DNA from: Klebsormidium nitens
Lineage: Eukaryota > Plantae > Klebsormidiophyceae
Direction: 5' to 3'
Length of the DNA stretch: 64,000 nt
NCBI GenBank assembly: GCA_000708835.1
Contig: DF237145.1
Span: 7,468 to 71,467, forward strand
Notes under the pieces: generated by a model
What the model saw: the letters and a program-made list of their open reading frames with translations, nothing else
What the model was told of the DNA's origin: nothing
Database searches by the model: none
Part shown: positions 25,601-37,743 of the stretch, piece by piece
Position numbering within the stretch: the stretch's first letter is position 1
How the letters are laid out: each line of letters starts with the position of its first letter
Made by a program: the position numbers and the translations under genes

Positions 25601-28600
25601 CTAGTAAAGGGTGTGTCATGGGACCCCATCGGATCGTTTCTAGCCAGCCAAGCTGACGACAAGAGCGTGATTGTATGGAGCAAGACGGACTGGTCCGTGG
25701 TGGCCAGAATCAAGGGGCCCTACGAAAAGACGGTAAGTTTCTTTCCTCTCTACTTTCTTTGCTTGGAAACGCGGTCAAGTGATGCGTAACTCAATAGAGC
25801 ACGACGGACTGGTCGGTGGTTGCCAGAATCAAGGGGCCATACGAAAGGACGGTCACTGTCTTTCTTCTCTAGTTTAGTCTCTTGGAAAGGCGGTCAAGTG
25901 ACAAGAGTGTATTCTTGAGGAGCATGCCGGACCTGCGAGAATCAAGGGGCCGTACGAGAAGATGCTGAAAGTTTCTCGCTTAGTTTTAACGTGACGTCTT
26001 GCCTCGTGCCGCTCCATCTGACTGTGCCGTAGACATGCAGGTTGCTCCATCACCTATGGGGCACCGTAATAGGCACTGGAACAATCCAGTCAATTAATCT
26101 GTGCTGCGTCGCGCGTCTCTGATTCTTGCCCTCCGATACTTGAAAGTGCAAGCCGCAATTCACTGACGGTGCAAACAGTGCCGCACTCATGGCGCGCCTC
26201 TCGAAGCAAGCGTCTTCATTTAGATCCATTCACGAGGATACGTTGCCACCACGGGCCACCACGTGTCATCGGACTTCGTCTTTCGCACAGCAACCAGAGG
26301 TTCTAACAGCTCTGCTCCGTTCTGCAGATTGGCGCGACGTTCTTCCGGCGCCTCGACTGGTCCCCGGAGGGCCACTTTTTGACCACCACCAACTCGTTCG
26401 AGGCGCCCAGCCACACCGCCGCGGTCGTCGAGAGGGGCAAGTGGGAGAAGGTAGGCACATTGTCCCGTATCTAGTTCCATGCTTCCAGTGGTTCCGTCTT
26501 CAAGAATCGGGGTTGTGTTGCTTCATCATCAGGGTTTGATGAGAAATGCGCCTGCAGTCATGGTTCGTGTGCACGGCTCTGGGCAAACTTGGGCGTGCTG
26601 GTGGCGAGTCTTGGGCCCGAATCGCCGGCAATGATGTGCTGCTGATGGGGACGAAGGTGCCGCACTTTTACAATCTCCAGCAATGAGGCCCTGTGGCTCT
26701 CTGGACAAGCATTCATCCGCAAGTGCAGAACATTTTTAAATGAAATCGTTATGGACCGGCCTCGTGCCTTGTTCCTTTTCCGTGCTTGAGTTCTGACAAC
26801 TCGCCCATGCTCGCTTCGCTCTCTGATGCCTGACAATAAGGTTGAAGAAGCGCCATAGTATCCTCGCGGCACCTTCCCACTATTGAAATCCATATCTGCA
26901 ACAAGGATGCCATGCTTGTCTGTGCCTTTGATTCAAGCGACTCCAATGTTGCCGCTGTTCCATCAGCATGCTTCTCACGTTTCTCAAAGCAGCGAGTCGT
27001 CGGGCTTTCAGTCATGGTCGGCTGTTCTCAGGATGTTTCCACCGCTCACCTGAGCCTGCTTTCCTAGATTCGCAAGGAGATGTCGCTTCCTTCTTGGAAG
27101 AATATGCTCATATCAGCAGAAGTATCTGACCTTTCGCATAGGCTGGCAGCACTCTGCTCATGAGATGTGGCGCTGTATTCAACAGTGGAAATCGAGACAG
27201 ATGTTTCAAAGGCGCTCTCGCCCTTGCCCCAGCGGTGCAATTGGTACAACTCGACTGGATTAGAAACGTCATTCTATTTCTCGGATAGACTGTCAGCTTC
27301 ATGAGGGCATGTGGGAATCAGGCCGCACTCTTGAGGCGTTCGTAGTTTGGCTTAAGTTTTCCCGTGCTCACCAGTAATATACGGACTGCTCCTGGTAATG
27401 ACGATGCTTGCCATCCTGCCCTCGTCTGAGGGCAGAGAACTTCTGCCATGACAGATACCGACTTCGATCTACCTACTTGGCTGGCTGGTTTTTGAAAGGG
27501 GCCCTTTCGATTGAGCACTCAGACCATTCACGTGTCTGCTCAACAGACCAATTTGCATTGAGTTGCTTGTTGGCGAATTCGATGGAGCGTCTCGGCTAGT
27601 CTCCTCGTGAGAAAAGAGTGGGCCCAAGCTTCCCATTATCTTAGTTGTGCAAAGCGGTGTGCTACTTGAATAACAAGACCACGTATCTCGCTGGCAATGA
27701 TGTGCCGTTCATTGGGTGTCCTAGCTCCCAAAAAAAGATTGAGTACAGCACTGATGCTTGTGGCTTAGAAGTACGTGGCTATGCTTTGTTCCGTTGGCTT
27801 TCTGAATGGTAGTTCTGCTTACGCCGAGTCTGCAGACTTTCAGGCTACGAAGAATTCTGCTTTGATTGCACTGACGGGGCTGTCGCACGCAAATCCGGTT
27901 TTTCTTTTCCTTTCTTCCCCCTTCCTTTTTTGAGGTTTTGGACAGTGTCGCCGGACGTCCAGGACCGGTGGAGGCGCTTTTGAACCACCCAATCACTGTT
28001 GCGCAGCAGTTGGATCTCGGCAGTCATGCACCAGCAACCCGGGTTTTCTACAACTTCAAGCTTTGTACATAGTTTTGGATTCCGACATGGAACATCGCTA
28101 TTCTAATTGTAACGCAACAGTACAGGGTTTCTTTCCGGGATCTGCTTTGTCCTGGCTAATCAGTAAAAGGCCATCATTGGCTGGCATCCATTCTACCTTT
28201 TGACAGGCGACCTGAACTTTAGTTCGTGGACCTTGGAAATTCCCAGGACAGGTGTCTTTCGAGACTTACGGCTTCTTGCTGCAACGATAAGTCCGGAACC
28301 TTTCGGATTGGTGGCGACGATGTGCGTTTATGGAACTTGAACAGATCCACAAACCTTCTCTGGAGCATTGAAGCACTGATGCCCGAGGGTTCCTACACCT
28401 GCTTGAGAAGGAAAGTTGCTTACCCTGTGTTCAGAAGGACATCAAGTGCTTCACATCGTTCCCTCCTTTCTGGATTTTCCCTGCGTTTAAGCAAGGATGC
28501 CAAGATTATGACCTCCATCACGGTCCTTCTTTGCCCTTGTCAGAAAATGGATAGCGAGGATGCGTCGTTGAAAGGCCACCTTGACCTTGAACAAACTTTG

Positions 28601-31600
28601 CATCTGCGTCGCCACGATGAGCTTAACCTTTCCTGATGTTTCTGGTTTGTCGCCTTGCCTTCGTGTTCTATCTGACTCGAGAAAGCTTCAAGAAACCTCT
28701 GACGATCTGTCGGACCTCCCTGATGAGTCGTACATCCGTCTTTGGAGATGTCAGCAAGAGGCTCTTTTTGCTTGTTTGCTTGTAAACTAGATTGTCGAGG
28801 CGATTTGAGAATTAATAAGTGGTAACATTCATGAAAAAGTCCTATTTGTATGAGGAAAGATTCTTGTATGACTCATGTCTGTCACAATCGCACCACCTAC
28901 GGCAAGCTGGCATAAAACGATCGTAAGATTGGCAATGATTCATAACTCCTGGCAAGACCGTAAAAGTTTGCCATGCAAGCTCAATTAGTGAGCCACCCGT
29001 ATTTATGTGAAGCTTCGTTCGCAATATCTTCTAGCGTCCTTGCAATGCGTACGCGAAAATGTGGTGAAAATTCGGGAAAAAACCTTGGAGCAAGTCCTTT
29101 GGCAGCTCTTTGGGCATGCCAGAGCTTTGTAAACTTCAAAATGTCAACACATTCCAGTACCTTTGCTGCCTATCTTTACTGATCTGCTGCTTACAGTTGT
29201 TTACCACAAGCAAACAGTAACGTTGTCTGACCAGCTCGCCCTCGCCTATGCGTCAAAGCCTTTCTCTAAGGAACTTGCGCCAACCTCGCCTCTGAAGATG
29301 GTTCAACACAACTATCTTGGACTAAGTGCTTTCATGAGCATGATTGTATTCACCTTTTCGCCGCAGTGCTTCCGCTTCGTGGGTCACAACGCCGTCAAGT
29401 ACAATCACATCACTTGTGCCTCCAAGGAAAATCTAACAAAGTTTTTGTAAGCTGCCCTCCGAAGATGGGCAATCCGGGAACCTAATCCTGTTCAACTCTC
29501 GTTTGCAGTGTTTCGACTTCGTGAGCCATAACGGCTTTCTGATCGCCCGTCAAGTACAATCACAGCAATTTTGCTTTCAACTCAAATGCTATCGGTGTTG
29601 CAATCCGCGTCTGAAGATGGGTCATCTGGAAGCTAATCCTGGCTATCCCTTGTGTGCAGTGCTTTCACTTCGTAGGTCACAATGCCCCGGTGAACGCCAA
29701 GTACAGACTCCGCATTCGTGCTCCATAAGACAAAGTTCGAAGGCTTTGTAACCCGCTGAAGAAGTTAACCCCCGTTAACCTTCGTTTGCAGTGCTTCGAC
29801 TTCGTGGGTCACAACGCCCCCGTGATCGCGGTCAAGTACAACCACGGCATGTTCCGGCGGCGCGGCAAGCAGACGCCGTACAATTGCATTGCGATCGGGA
29901 GCCAGGACTGCAAGGTGTCCGTGTGGATTACCAACCGGCCAAAGGCGCTGCTGATTGCGCGGCACTTCTTCACACAGGGTATCGGGGATCTCGCATGGTG
30001 AGGGCAGGCTATCGCTTGGAAACAATCATAGTGTGACAGTGATGGAGACTTGTATGAGCGCTAGTGGAAGACAAGTTCGTTTCCGTGTCGGGTTGGCTGT
30101 GCTGTTGCAATTCGCATTTAGGGAATAGAACCACGTTGGTCTCTTCTCGACTCGTGTTTCCTTGTTATCGGAGAAGGGCATCGAGCCTCAGCTGCGAGCG
30201 AAGCGTTTTGCGATTGGGTTAGTCCCAACAGGATCAGGAACGACAACCGATCGCAATATTACTTCACAGGAAAAACTTGTGCAACAATTGCTCTACGCAG
30301 AGGAGTTGGACAGATAACATGTCCCTTGTGAAGGGGACACGCGATCTTCAGGCCCCGTGTAGGGAAGATTTCGCGAATTGCAATAGCTCATGCGAGCTAC
30401 ATCTTCTCTTTCCCCAGGAGCCCAAACGGCTACTCTCTCCTGGCCTGCTCCAACGACGGCACCGTCTCCTCTTTCACTTTCGACGAGGAAGAACTCGGCG
30501 TCATGCTGACGAAAGCCGAGATGGACGTCATCCTGAAGGAGCGATACGGTGACCTCAAGTGGGGAAAGCGCCTCGCGATCGCCGAGAGTCCCGCGCAGTT
30601 ACTTCTCGAACAAGCCGCAGCGATTGTGGCGAACAAACAGGTCGCCAACGGACGGCCCCAAACGCCGGTAGCGGCGAACGGTGTCAACGGACACCCGGCG
30701 ACCCCGCCGGCGAACCGGATGCTGCCACCTGGCGGCGTGCAGGGATCCCCCAGTCGGCTGCAGCTAGGCCCTGTGAAACAGATGGAGGAGAGGCGGCCAG
30801 ACGGGCGGAGAAGGATCATACCGCAGGCGCTCAGGCCGATTACAGGGCCCCAGACAGAATTACCCGCGGTTTGGGCCTCGCCCTCTAGAGAGCAGAGCCA
30901 AAGCGCAGCGCCTGCCACTCAACCGGGGGTTTTGGACGCGGGTAAGGATGCGGTTAGCGACGTAAACCGGGTTAGGATAGCGCCCACGCCCGTGGCCGGT
31001 GTGAAAAGGCCGGCAGAGGGGGTTTCTCAACCGGAATCGAGTAAAAAGCCGAGGGAAGAGAGTGCTATGGACCGGGCAAACCAGGCAGTTGTTGCCAAAA
31101 CGGGGCCGCTTCCCACCGTTCCTGGATTTGACGCCAAATCCTCGCAAGCTATCGTTACTACTCCCGGGAGAATCGAACCGAGGCGGATAACCCCGGTTCC
31201 GACAGCTGGCGCGCAACCGGCCCCATGGGCAGACAGCCAGGTTACGGGCCGGTTAGAGTTAACTCAAAATCAGCCCGCCCAAGCGCCGGTGATCTCGGCA
31301 CCCCGGTCGAAGGACGGTTTGTTGACGGTTCGGGTGACGGGAACGGATCAAGAAAGTGGTCCGCCGCTAGTTCTGGAATCCAGGGACGGGACAGGTGGCG
31401 CCGCGGGGTCGTCGGAGCTCGTATGTTCTTGCGGGGGAAAAGTGCAGTGGCGAGACCGTATCCGGTGAGCCCAAAAGTACACTATTCTTGAAAGCCTCCC
31501 ATTAAAACTTTTGGGCCTTGAAGGGTGTGGTGTCTCATTTCGGCTCCTGAAGTACGCAATGTATGGGCCCTGGGGTCTTGTGAGGTTTGCAAGTGGCTGC

Positions 31601-34600
31601 TCTTTCAAGAAAACAGCAAAAGAAAGTCGGTCCGCTAAGTTGACAAGCAACAAAATCCCTTTTCACGATGTTGTAATTTGTCCCGAAACGATTGTTGCGA
31701 GCTTCAGCGACCTTCCCTTTGGATCCTAACGGGTATTATATACAGGCTCAGTTTATCAGGGGTAAGGCCCAAAGAACTGGTGTGGAAGGAAAGTCTTTTC
31801 AGGAAGTTGCAGTCCTTCCTTTGCGGACAGGGGGAAAGGTGGTGCTTGGCACATCTCGAACCCTCTATTCGTCTTGCTTCATCCTCAAGAGCATGTAAAC
31901 AGGACATCCATACACTATTCTGCAGGGGAGGAGTGTCCGCTTTGGCTGGCAATCCGGACATGTGGGCAGCAGCGCTTTCGGACGGGTCGTTGCTCGTGTT
32001 CTCCTCGGCAGGGCGGCGAATCTTCCCGCCAATACAGCTTGGCGCGCCGGCCGCTTTTGTGGTGGTCGGGCGGGGGGACGGGGAGCAGCGCTGGCGGCTT
32101 ATGGTGGTGACGACTGCGGGGCGGCTGTGCTTATGGGACCTGCGGAAACAGGAGTGCTTAGCCCAGGTAAGCGCACTGCAAGGTTTTTGTGTCTGCTACT
32201 CGTTGCTTTGCTTGCGTCCTGGATGGGTCGGAAAAGTCGGGATTCGGGATTCGGGATTCGGGTGCACGCTCTTGATCCTGCTTGGAAGAGCCCATGTCCG
32301 TTGTGAAGTCTGCTCCTCTCATAAATTCTCGTTCCGCCCCTGGGCACTCCTGCACTTAGGTTCGTTTCAGCACTTTTGACCTACCGGACGTGGGTTTGAG
32401 CTCGACTTCCTACAGACTGACGTCATATTGTTGAGAATCTGCAGCTATCAACCTCCTCAGCCCGCGGAAATAGGTCGCTGCACAATGTCGTGATTGCAAG
32501 ACGTGTTCTTCTGTAGCCTTTACGAGCTTTCTGTAACAGCTTCTATTTCAGGTTTCATCACCCGGCACGAGAATCTGGAGCGAAAGAAAGGATTCGAGAG
32601 CACTGATCTTTGCATTGAACATAGAAGGATAAGCTTTTGCCGCTCATTGCCACATTTTCCTGACCCTCTTTCTGTCGAAAGGACCTGAAAGCAGGGAGAC
32701 ACATCAAGAGAAACACGCAGGGTCCCTGTCGCAGCGTAGTACTCGAACCAAATTCATGACGCTCAGGCTCGCCCCTTCGTCTACCATGGCTCTCCGTATC
32801 TCAAGCAGATTTGACAACAGTCGTTTCATGGCGCTTTTAAAGAAGACGGTAGTCAACGCCCAAGAGCACGTTCACACAGGATACTTATTAAGTCTTACCA
32901 GGAGCACTTTGAATACTCCACCCCTTGCCCGCAGGAATCGCTGGCATACCTACTAAAAGGCCCTACAACCATCGTCTCGCTGCGCTTCTCCAAAGCCGGT
33001 GCGCCGCTGATCGTGCTGTCCAACCGGGAGGCGCACATGTACCATCTTGGCATGCGCTGCTGGCTGCGGATCGCGGACGAATCGTTCCCAGCGTCCGAAT
33101 TCACGTCAGTACGGGGGGCTGATGCGTCCGGTCACGAAAAGGAGGTGAGAAATGTGTGTTTTGTCACATGAAGAAAAGCTGTGAGTGTTGCTTTTGAAGC
33201 TGGGATACTTCTACTCTGGGTAATCTGAGAACTTCGGACGAGCCGTTTCCGGCGTCCGAATTCACGTCCGTAAGAGGGGCTGAAGCGTCCGGTCACGAAA
33301 AGAGGTGAGCAAGCGACAAAGCTCTGCGAGTGTTTCTTTCGAACGAACTGTACCATTTCGGAACCCGTCGATGCGGACATGTCGTTTCCCGCGTCCGACT
33401 GCATGTCCGTATGGGGGCCAGAAGCGTCCGGTCACGAAAAGGAGGTAAGCCAACAGTTTCTCACGTTGGAAATTTTCCGAGGAGCTTTTCGAACTTTGGA
33501 GTTGTGTCACATTCACTTAGCCTGTCGAACGCGGAGGAGTCGTTCTCGGCGTCTCGGCGTTTACGAATGTACGGGGGGCCGAACCGTCTGGTCACTTGCG
33601 AACAACCTTCCACAGTGCTTCTGAGATTTCCCGAAACGGCCTTCCGCAGTGCTTACGAGGTCCCGTCGAAACTACTCTCCATCTTTCTGACGCCAACTTT
33701 TCACCAACGGTTTTTCCCCAAAATCCTTCGCAGGACCTAACCGTTCTTCAGGCGGAAGTGGCTGCCCAAGGCCGCGGTCGGCGGGGGCTGTTCAACCCGC
33801 TCCTAGACATCTCCGCCGCGGAGGGGCAGGCGCAGTCGCGCGCGCACCTCGAGTCGCAGCTCGCGGCGGCGGTCACGATGAACTCGCCTACGGAGTACAA
33901 GCGGTGGTTAACGGTGAGTAACATTTTGGGTTGGTCGGATACGGCGACTATTTGGCAGGAGTGCCAGCCAATCAGTCGCCGCAATCGAGCCCCTCGAGTC
34001 GCAGTCCACGGCGGTATCGCAATGAAGTTGCCCGAGGAATACAAGCGGTGGTTCAGATTTGAAAAGGAGTCTTCACCTCCGCCTCGAAGCATGTCATTAC
34101 CGTATGAGCAGAAGCGACACCCGAAGTTTTCTGCGCGGGTTTCGCTCCCGGCAACGAATAGTGAGGACTAAATGAGAGTCTCCGCTCTGCTGGAAGGGAG
34201 TCGGGTCAAGCCCATCCCTTGGAGTCCGGCTATTCCACGCTTTGTATCTCATTGAGGTTGTTAGGATAAAAACGCGACGTCATCTCAAAATGGATGATTT
34301 GGGAGAAAGATATGCGACGGCAAGCGGAAGCTCACCTTTCCAAAGTGTGCATTCGACCAGACGAATAAACGGGGTATCGACAAGCTCGTCCAGGCCGGAC
34401 CATCCTGCACAAGAGCCCGGAACAATACACCGAAGGGGCCTGCGGATGTACGAGAGCACTAAAGCTGAAGTTGGATGGACGTCGCTTCGGCTTCGGGCAC
34501 GACGTGACAAAAAAGCTTGGACAACGGCGAGAAACGTTGCAGAAAGAAAGCTTACGGTTGGATGCGACTGTTGGCTTGACGCAGGCATACGCACGGCACT

Positions 34601-35449
34601 TGACGCGGGAGGCGGACGAGGGGCGACTTCGGGAGCTGTGTCAAGAGTTTCTGGCGCCGACGGGGAGCGGCAGCGAGGGGGCCAGCGTTTTGGTAAGCAA
34701 TTGTCAAGGATTACTCACTGCAAGATTTCTGCAAAACTGACCCCTCAAACCAACTTCTAAAGCGGTGCGCACCCAATGTTATTGAACAAATGATGACGCA
34801 ACTGGAAAGGGGGGTAATTGCGGTGGCTGAAGTCCCGCGCTCTGATCGGCCGGGTGATGTCCTGCGTGTCTAAGTTCTGCGACGATTTTGGTCAAATCTA
34901 CAAAGTTGCATGAGCCGGCGACCCTGAGAGAAATTGCAGTGAGCTTGTCTAGTTTGCTGCTTCTCTATGGAGGAAGTACCTGCACTGCATTGCTTGCCGG
35001 CTGCTTTTCTGACATACCGTTCCCGGTATGACTGATGACGTGTCAGTATCAGAGTAAGTGGCAGCCGGCCTTGATTTTCAGGGTCAGTACCAGCTTTGTC
35101 AGGTGAGCTTCGTGATAATCGTACTCGAAAATGTCTTTTTCGGCGTTTGGAGAAAGAGAAAGACAGCTGTGGTGTCTGCAAACACTTACAGTGAGCGGAC
35201 TTCAATGCTTCCTCCAGGCGAATTTTTGCCTTTCTCAGTATCGACCATTTCTGACTTTTCTGGCGAGGGCCGTCCTCAAACAACAGACATCCCCATAGCT
35301 AATACCGTCACGCAATCATGCTGCAGGGGATGTCGAAAAGAGAGCTGCTACAAGCGGTCATCTTACCAGCCATGTCAGCAAATAGAGCGGTGCAAAGACT
35401 CTTGAATGAGTTTCTGGATCTGGTTGGTGAGGAAATGCTTGTCAAGTGA
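22696..35449 (+). CDS. HIRA: Histone H3.3 chaperone HIRA (WD40 propeller, B domain, C domain); 960 aa
   Basis: Exons 22696-22803, 23790-23934, 24602-24735, 25475-25732, 26328-26450, 29792-29997, 30418-31464, 31926-32166, 32935-33144, 33734-33913, 34585-34692, 35327-35449 total 2883 nt in phase. Motifs: [72 protein letters not shown] domain [29 protein letters not shown]. Confidence 0.97.
29350..29830 (+). repeat. Four tandem units of acceptor plus start of HIRA exon 6
   Basis: gcag|tg(c/t)tt...cttcgt...ca(c/t)aa(c/t)g begins at 29367, 29509, 29660 and 29792 (the functional copy). Confidence 0.92.
33070..33610 (+). repeat. Four tandem units of HIRA exon 9 3' end plus donor
   Basis: gcgtccggtcacgaaaa(g)gag|gt(g/a)ag has donors at 33145 (functional), 33305 and 33445; a fourth copy near 33600 is decayed. 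Confidence 0.92.
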
Positions 35450-37743
35450 GGTTGATGGAGAGCGCTTCTGCTGGATCCTTTGTGCCTTGTCTCTGCCTCT
35501 TCGATAGAAGGGCTACGAAAGTGGAGATGAAAAGCAACAGAACGTCAAGTCTCACACCTCTTACTTGGACCGTCATGGTTCCTTTCTCCGGGTCTTGTGT
35601 ATTTGCATGGCGTTGGAATGCGACTTGTCGCCAAGCCGTGGCCCCATATCGGGTTGATACGGATCCTTTCACTCATGCTAGCCAGTCCTCAATATTGATT
35701 ATCTTATCCACGTACTAACATAAGTCTATTACGTCCACCAAAACGCAGCTCCGAGTCACCTTCACGCACTAGTGCATGATTCCTCATGATCGTTGGAACC
35801 GATCACACTGTTTTCCACCCAAGCTCCCCCCGTCAAGCAGACTTCGGCACTCGCGGCGTCCGCATTTCCATAAGTGCAAATGTCGGGCTGTCCCATGTGT
35901 CTGTGGGCACGTCGGCGATCAGATGCAGACTAATTTACATGTCTTGATCCATATGCACAGCACAGCGTAATCTACCACTGGAGCTCATACACTTCATGAA
36001 ATGACCACCTTGCATATTTTTGCGGCCATCACATACTTCATGACGGTGCGCTATTGCACACTGCTCAGGAAGCTGTAACGGCACTGATGCCCGAACATGG
36101 CAAAAGGTACAGTAAACAGCGCGCCACGTGACTCTTGAACGCATATACACAAGTGCAGACGGTGGCGCGTGATCCGCATTCATGCAATTAGGTCGTACGT
36201 GCTTCTGGCATTCTTCCGCCGCGCAGCTTTGAAGCCGATCCACAGGTGATGCAAAATAAGATCGGGTTTCCACTAGTGTGAGCACTAGACATCGTGTTTA
36301 CTTGAACGTCCCTAAAAAAACTCGCTTCTCATGACCTACATTATTGTCAGTCTAATTATTGTCCTCGAATTCCTTCTGCAGAGTTCTATAATTGCTCAGC
36401 CCATCTTCACCCGATAAGTCTATCCTAATATGCCTGTGGCTAGCACATTAAAGAAGATATAATCGGGCCAGTGGGCGACGTGCTAAGCAAGGTCACACTA
36501 AGTTTGCTCCGCATTCGCCGGGCCAGGCGGCGCTTCCGCAACCGGGCACGTGCCACAATCTGATCATATATAATCGTCTGAGTAATGCTAGGAGTGCGCC
36601 GATGACAGGACTGGATCAGGGAAGTAAGCCCCAGAACTGTAAAGAGAGGCCGCATCAAACAAGGAGAAAAGGTCATGCAGCCTTCAAAAACAAAATCATC
36701 CTCAAAGCAATCATCACTTGAGTGCAGGCATCAATCTCGCGTGCCAACTACCGATTGTCAGAGCAGTTCCATGGAGCTTCGAATTTTCCCACTTCAACCC
36801 TGATCAACACGCTCTTGTAGATATCTGAATAGTGACGGGCTTCAACTAGGCAAGCGGGCTTGTTGCTGACGAGAAGGGCCGGAATCGGATCGACGGAAAA
36901 GCGCGTCTTCAACTCCGGGCAAGACTGGACCCGAGTGGCTTTCCAGGAATCTTGCGAGAGGTTCGTAAAGAATAAGTCACAAGTGCTGAAATAGCCGAGC
37001 CACGTACGAAGCAGCATCGACCTATACAAAAGTGTTGTAGATAAAAGATAGGCGGGATCTGCTTAAAGAAGAGCCGTACCTTTTGCCGCCGGTTCGGTCT
37101 GTTAAGGGGCTCGTGCGGGAGCGGTCTGGGGCTGCGAGTCGGTTCGGAAGCCAACGGACCTGAAATTCCACAAAGGAAACACTTTGATGAATTCAGGAAT
37201 GAAAGTCGCCGCACTTGAACTTTTTCTCTGTTCGCACGTTGGACCTGAATTCTCAGAACGAGCGTTGATTTGATCTGACTCAAGAGATAAACGACGCCGC
37301 ACTTGATCTCTTTGTTTCTTCGCACAGGTGGAGGTGAGACGGCCGACTGTGGTGCTCTTTCTAGACCCGGATCCGGCTAGACGATATACTGAGTCATTTA
37401 ATAATGATGAACGAGGTTTTCAACTCTAGTAGCATCGTCTTTTTGCCAAGACTGTGTCTCTCCATCGTACCCGTCGACAAGAACGCTCGTCAACAGCCTC
37501 CGGAAGATTTTGTATTTCCGTACGATCTCCTCTGAACCAGTCTTGAGACCAGGAGAGAGCACCCACGGTATTCAGCAACAGTCTGAAGAAAGGGCGCACT
37601 ACAGGTATCTCATGAGTAACTTCGAAACGGTCAAACTTTGCAGGATCTGTTCCGCACATAAACTGCTTCGACTGAGGTTCAGCAATCAGTCCTTAAACAG
37701 GATAAGGGCGGTCACGAGAGAATTTGAAAGAGAATCTGCTCAG

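Noticed and set aside
28300-28345. [10 protein letters not shown] as a WD40 exon of HIRA
   Set aside because: HIRA exons 5 and 6 already join in phase to give the expected sequence, and no supporting splice sites or further WD motifs are present.
29350-29830. CRISPR-like appearance of the repeat-spacer arrays (also 33070-33610 and 62375-63270)
   Set aside because: The repeats are diverged copies of host exon/intron junctions, the intervening sequence is also homologous between units, the context is eukaryotic and no cas genes are present.
35767-36278. CACTAGTG at both ends of a 512-bp block, suggesting a non-autonomous CACTA element
   Set aside because: The match does not extend beyond the 8-bp palindrome, and the flanks (acg vs tga) give no 3-bp target-site duplication.
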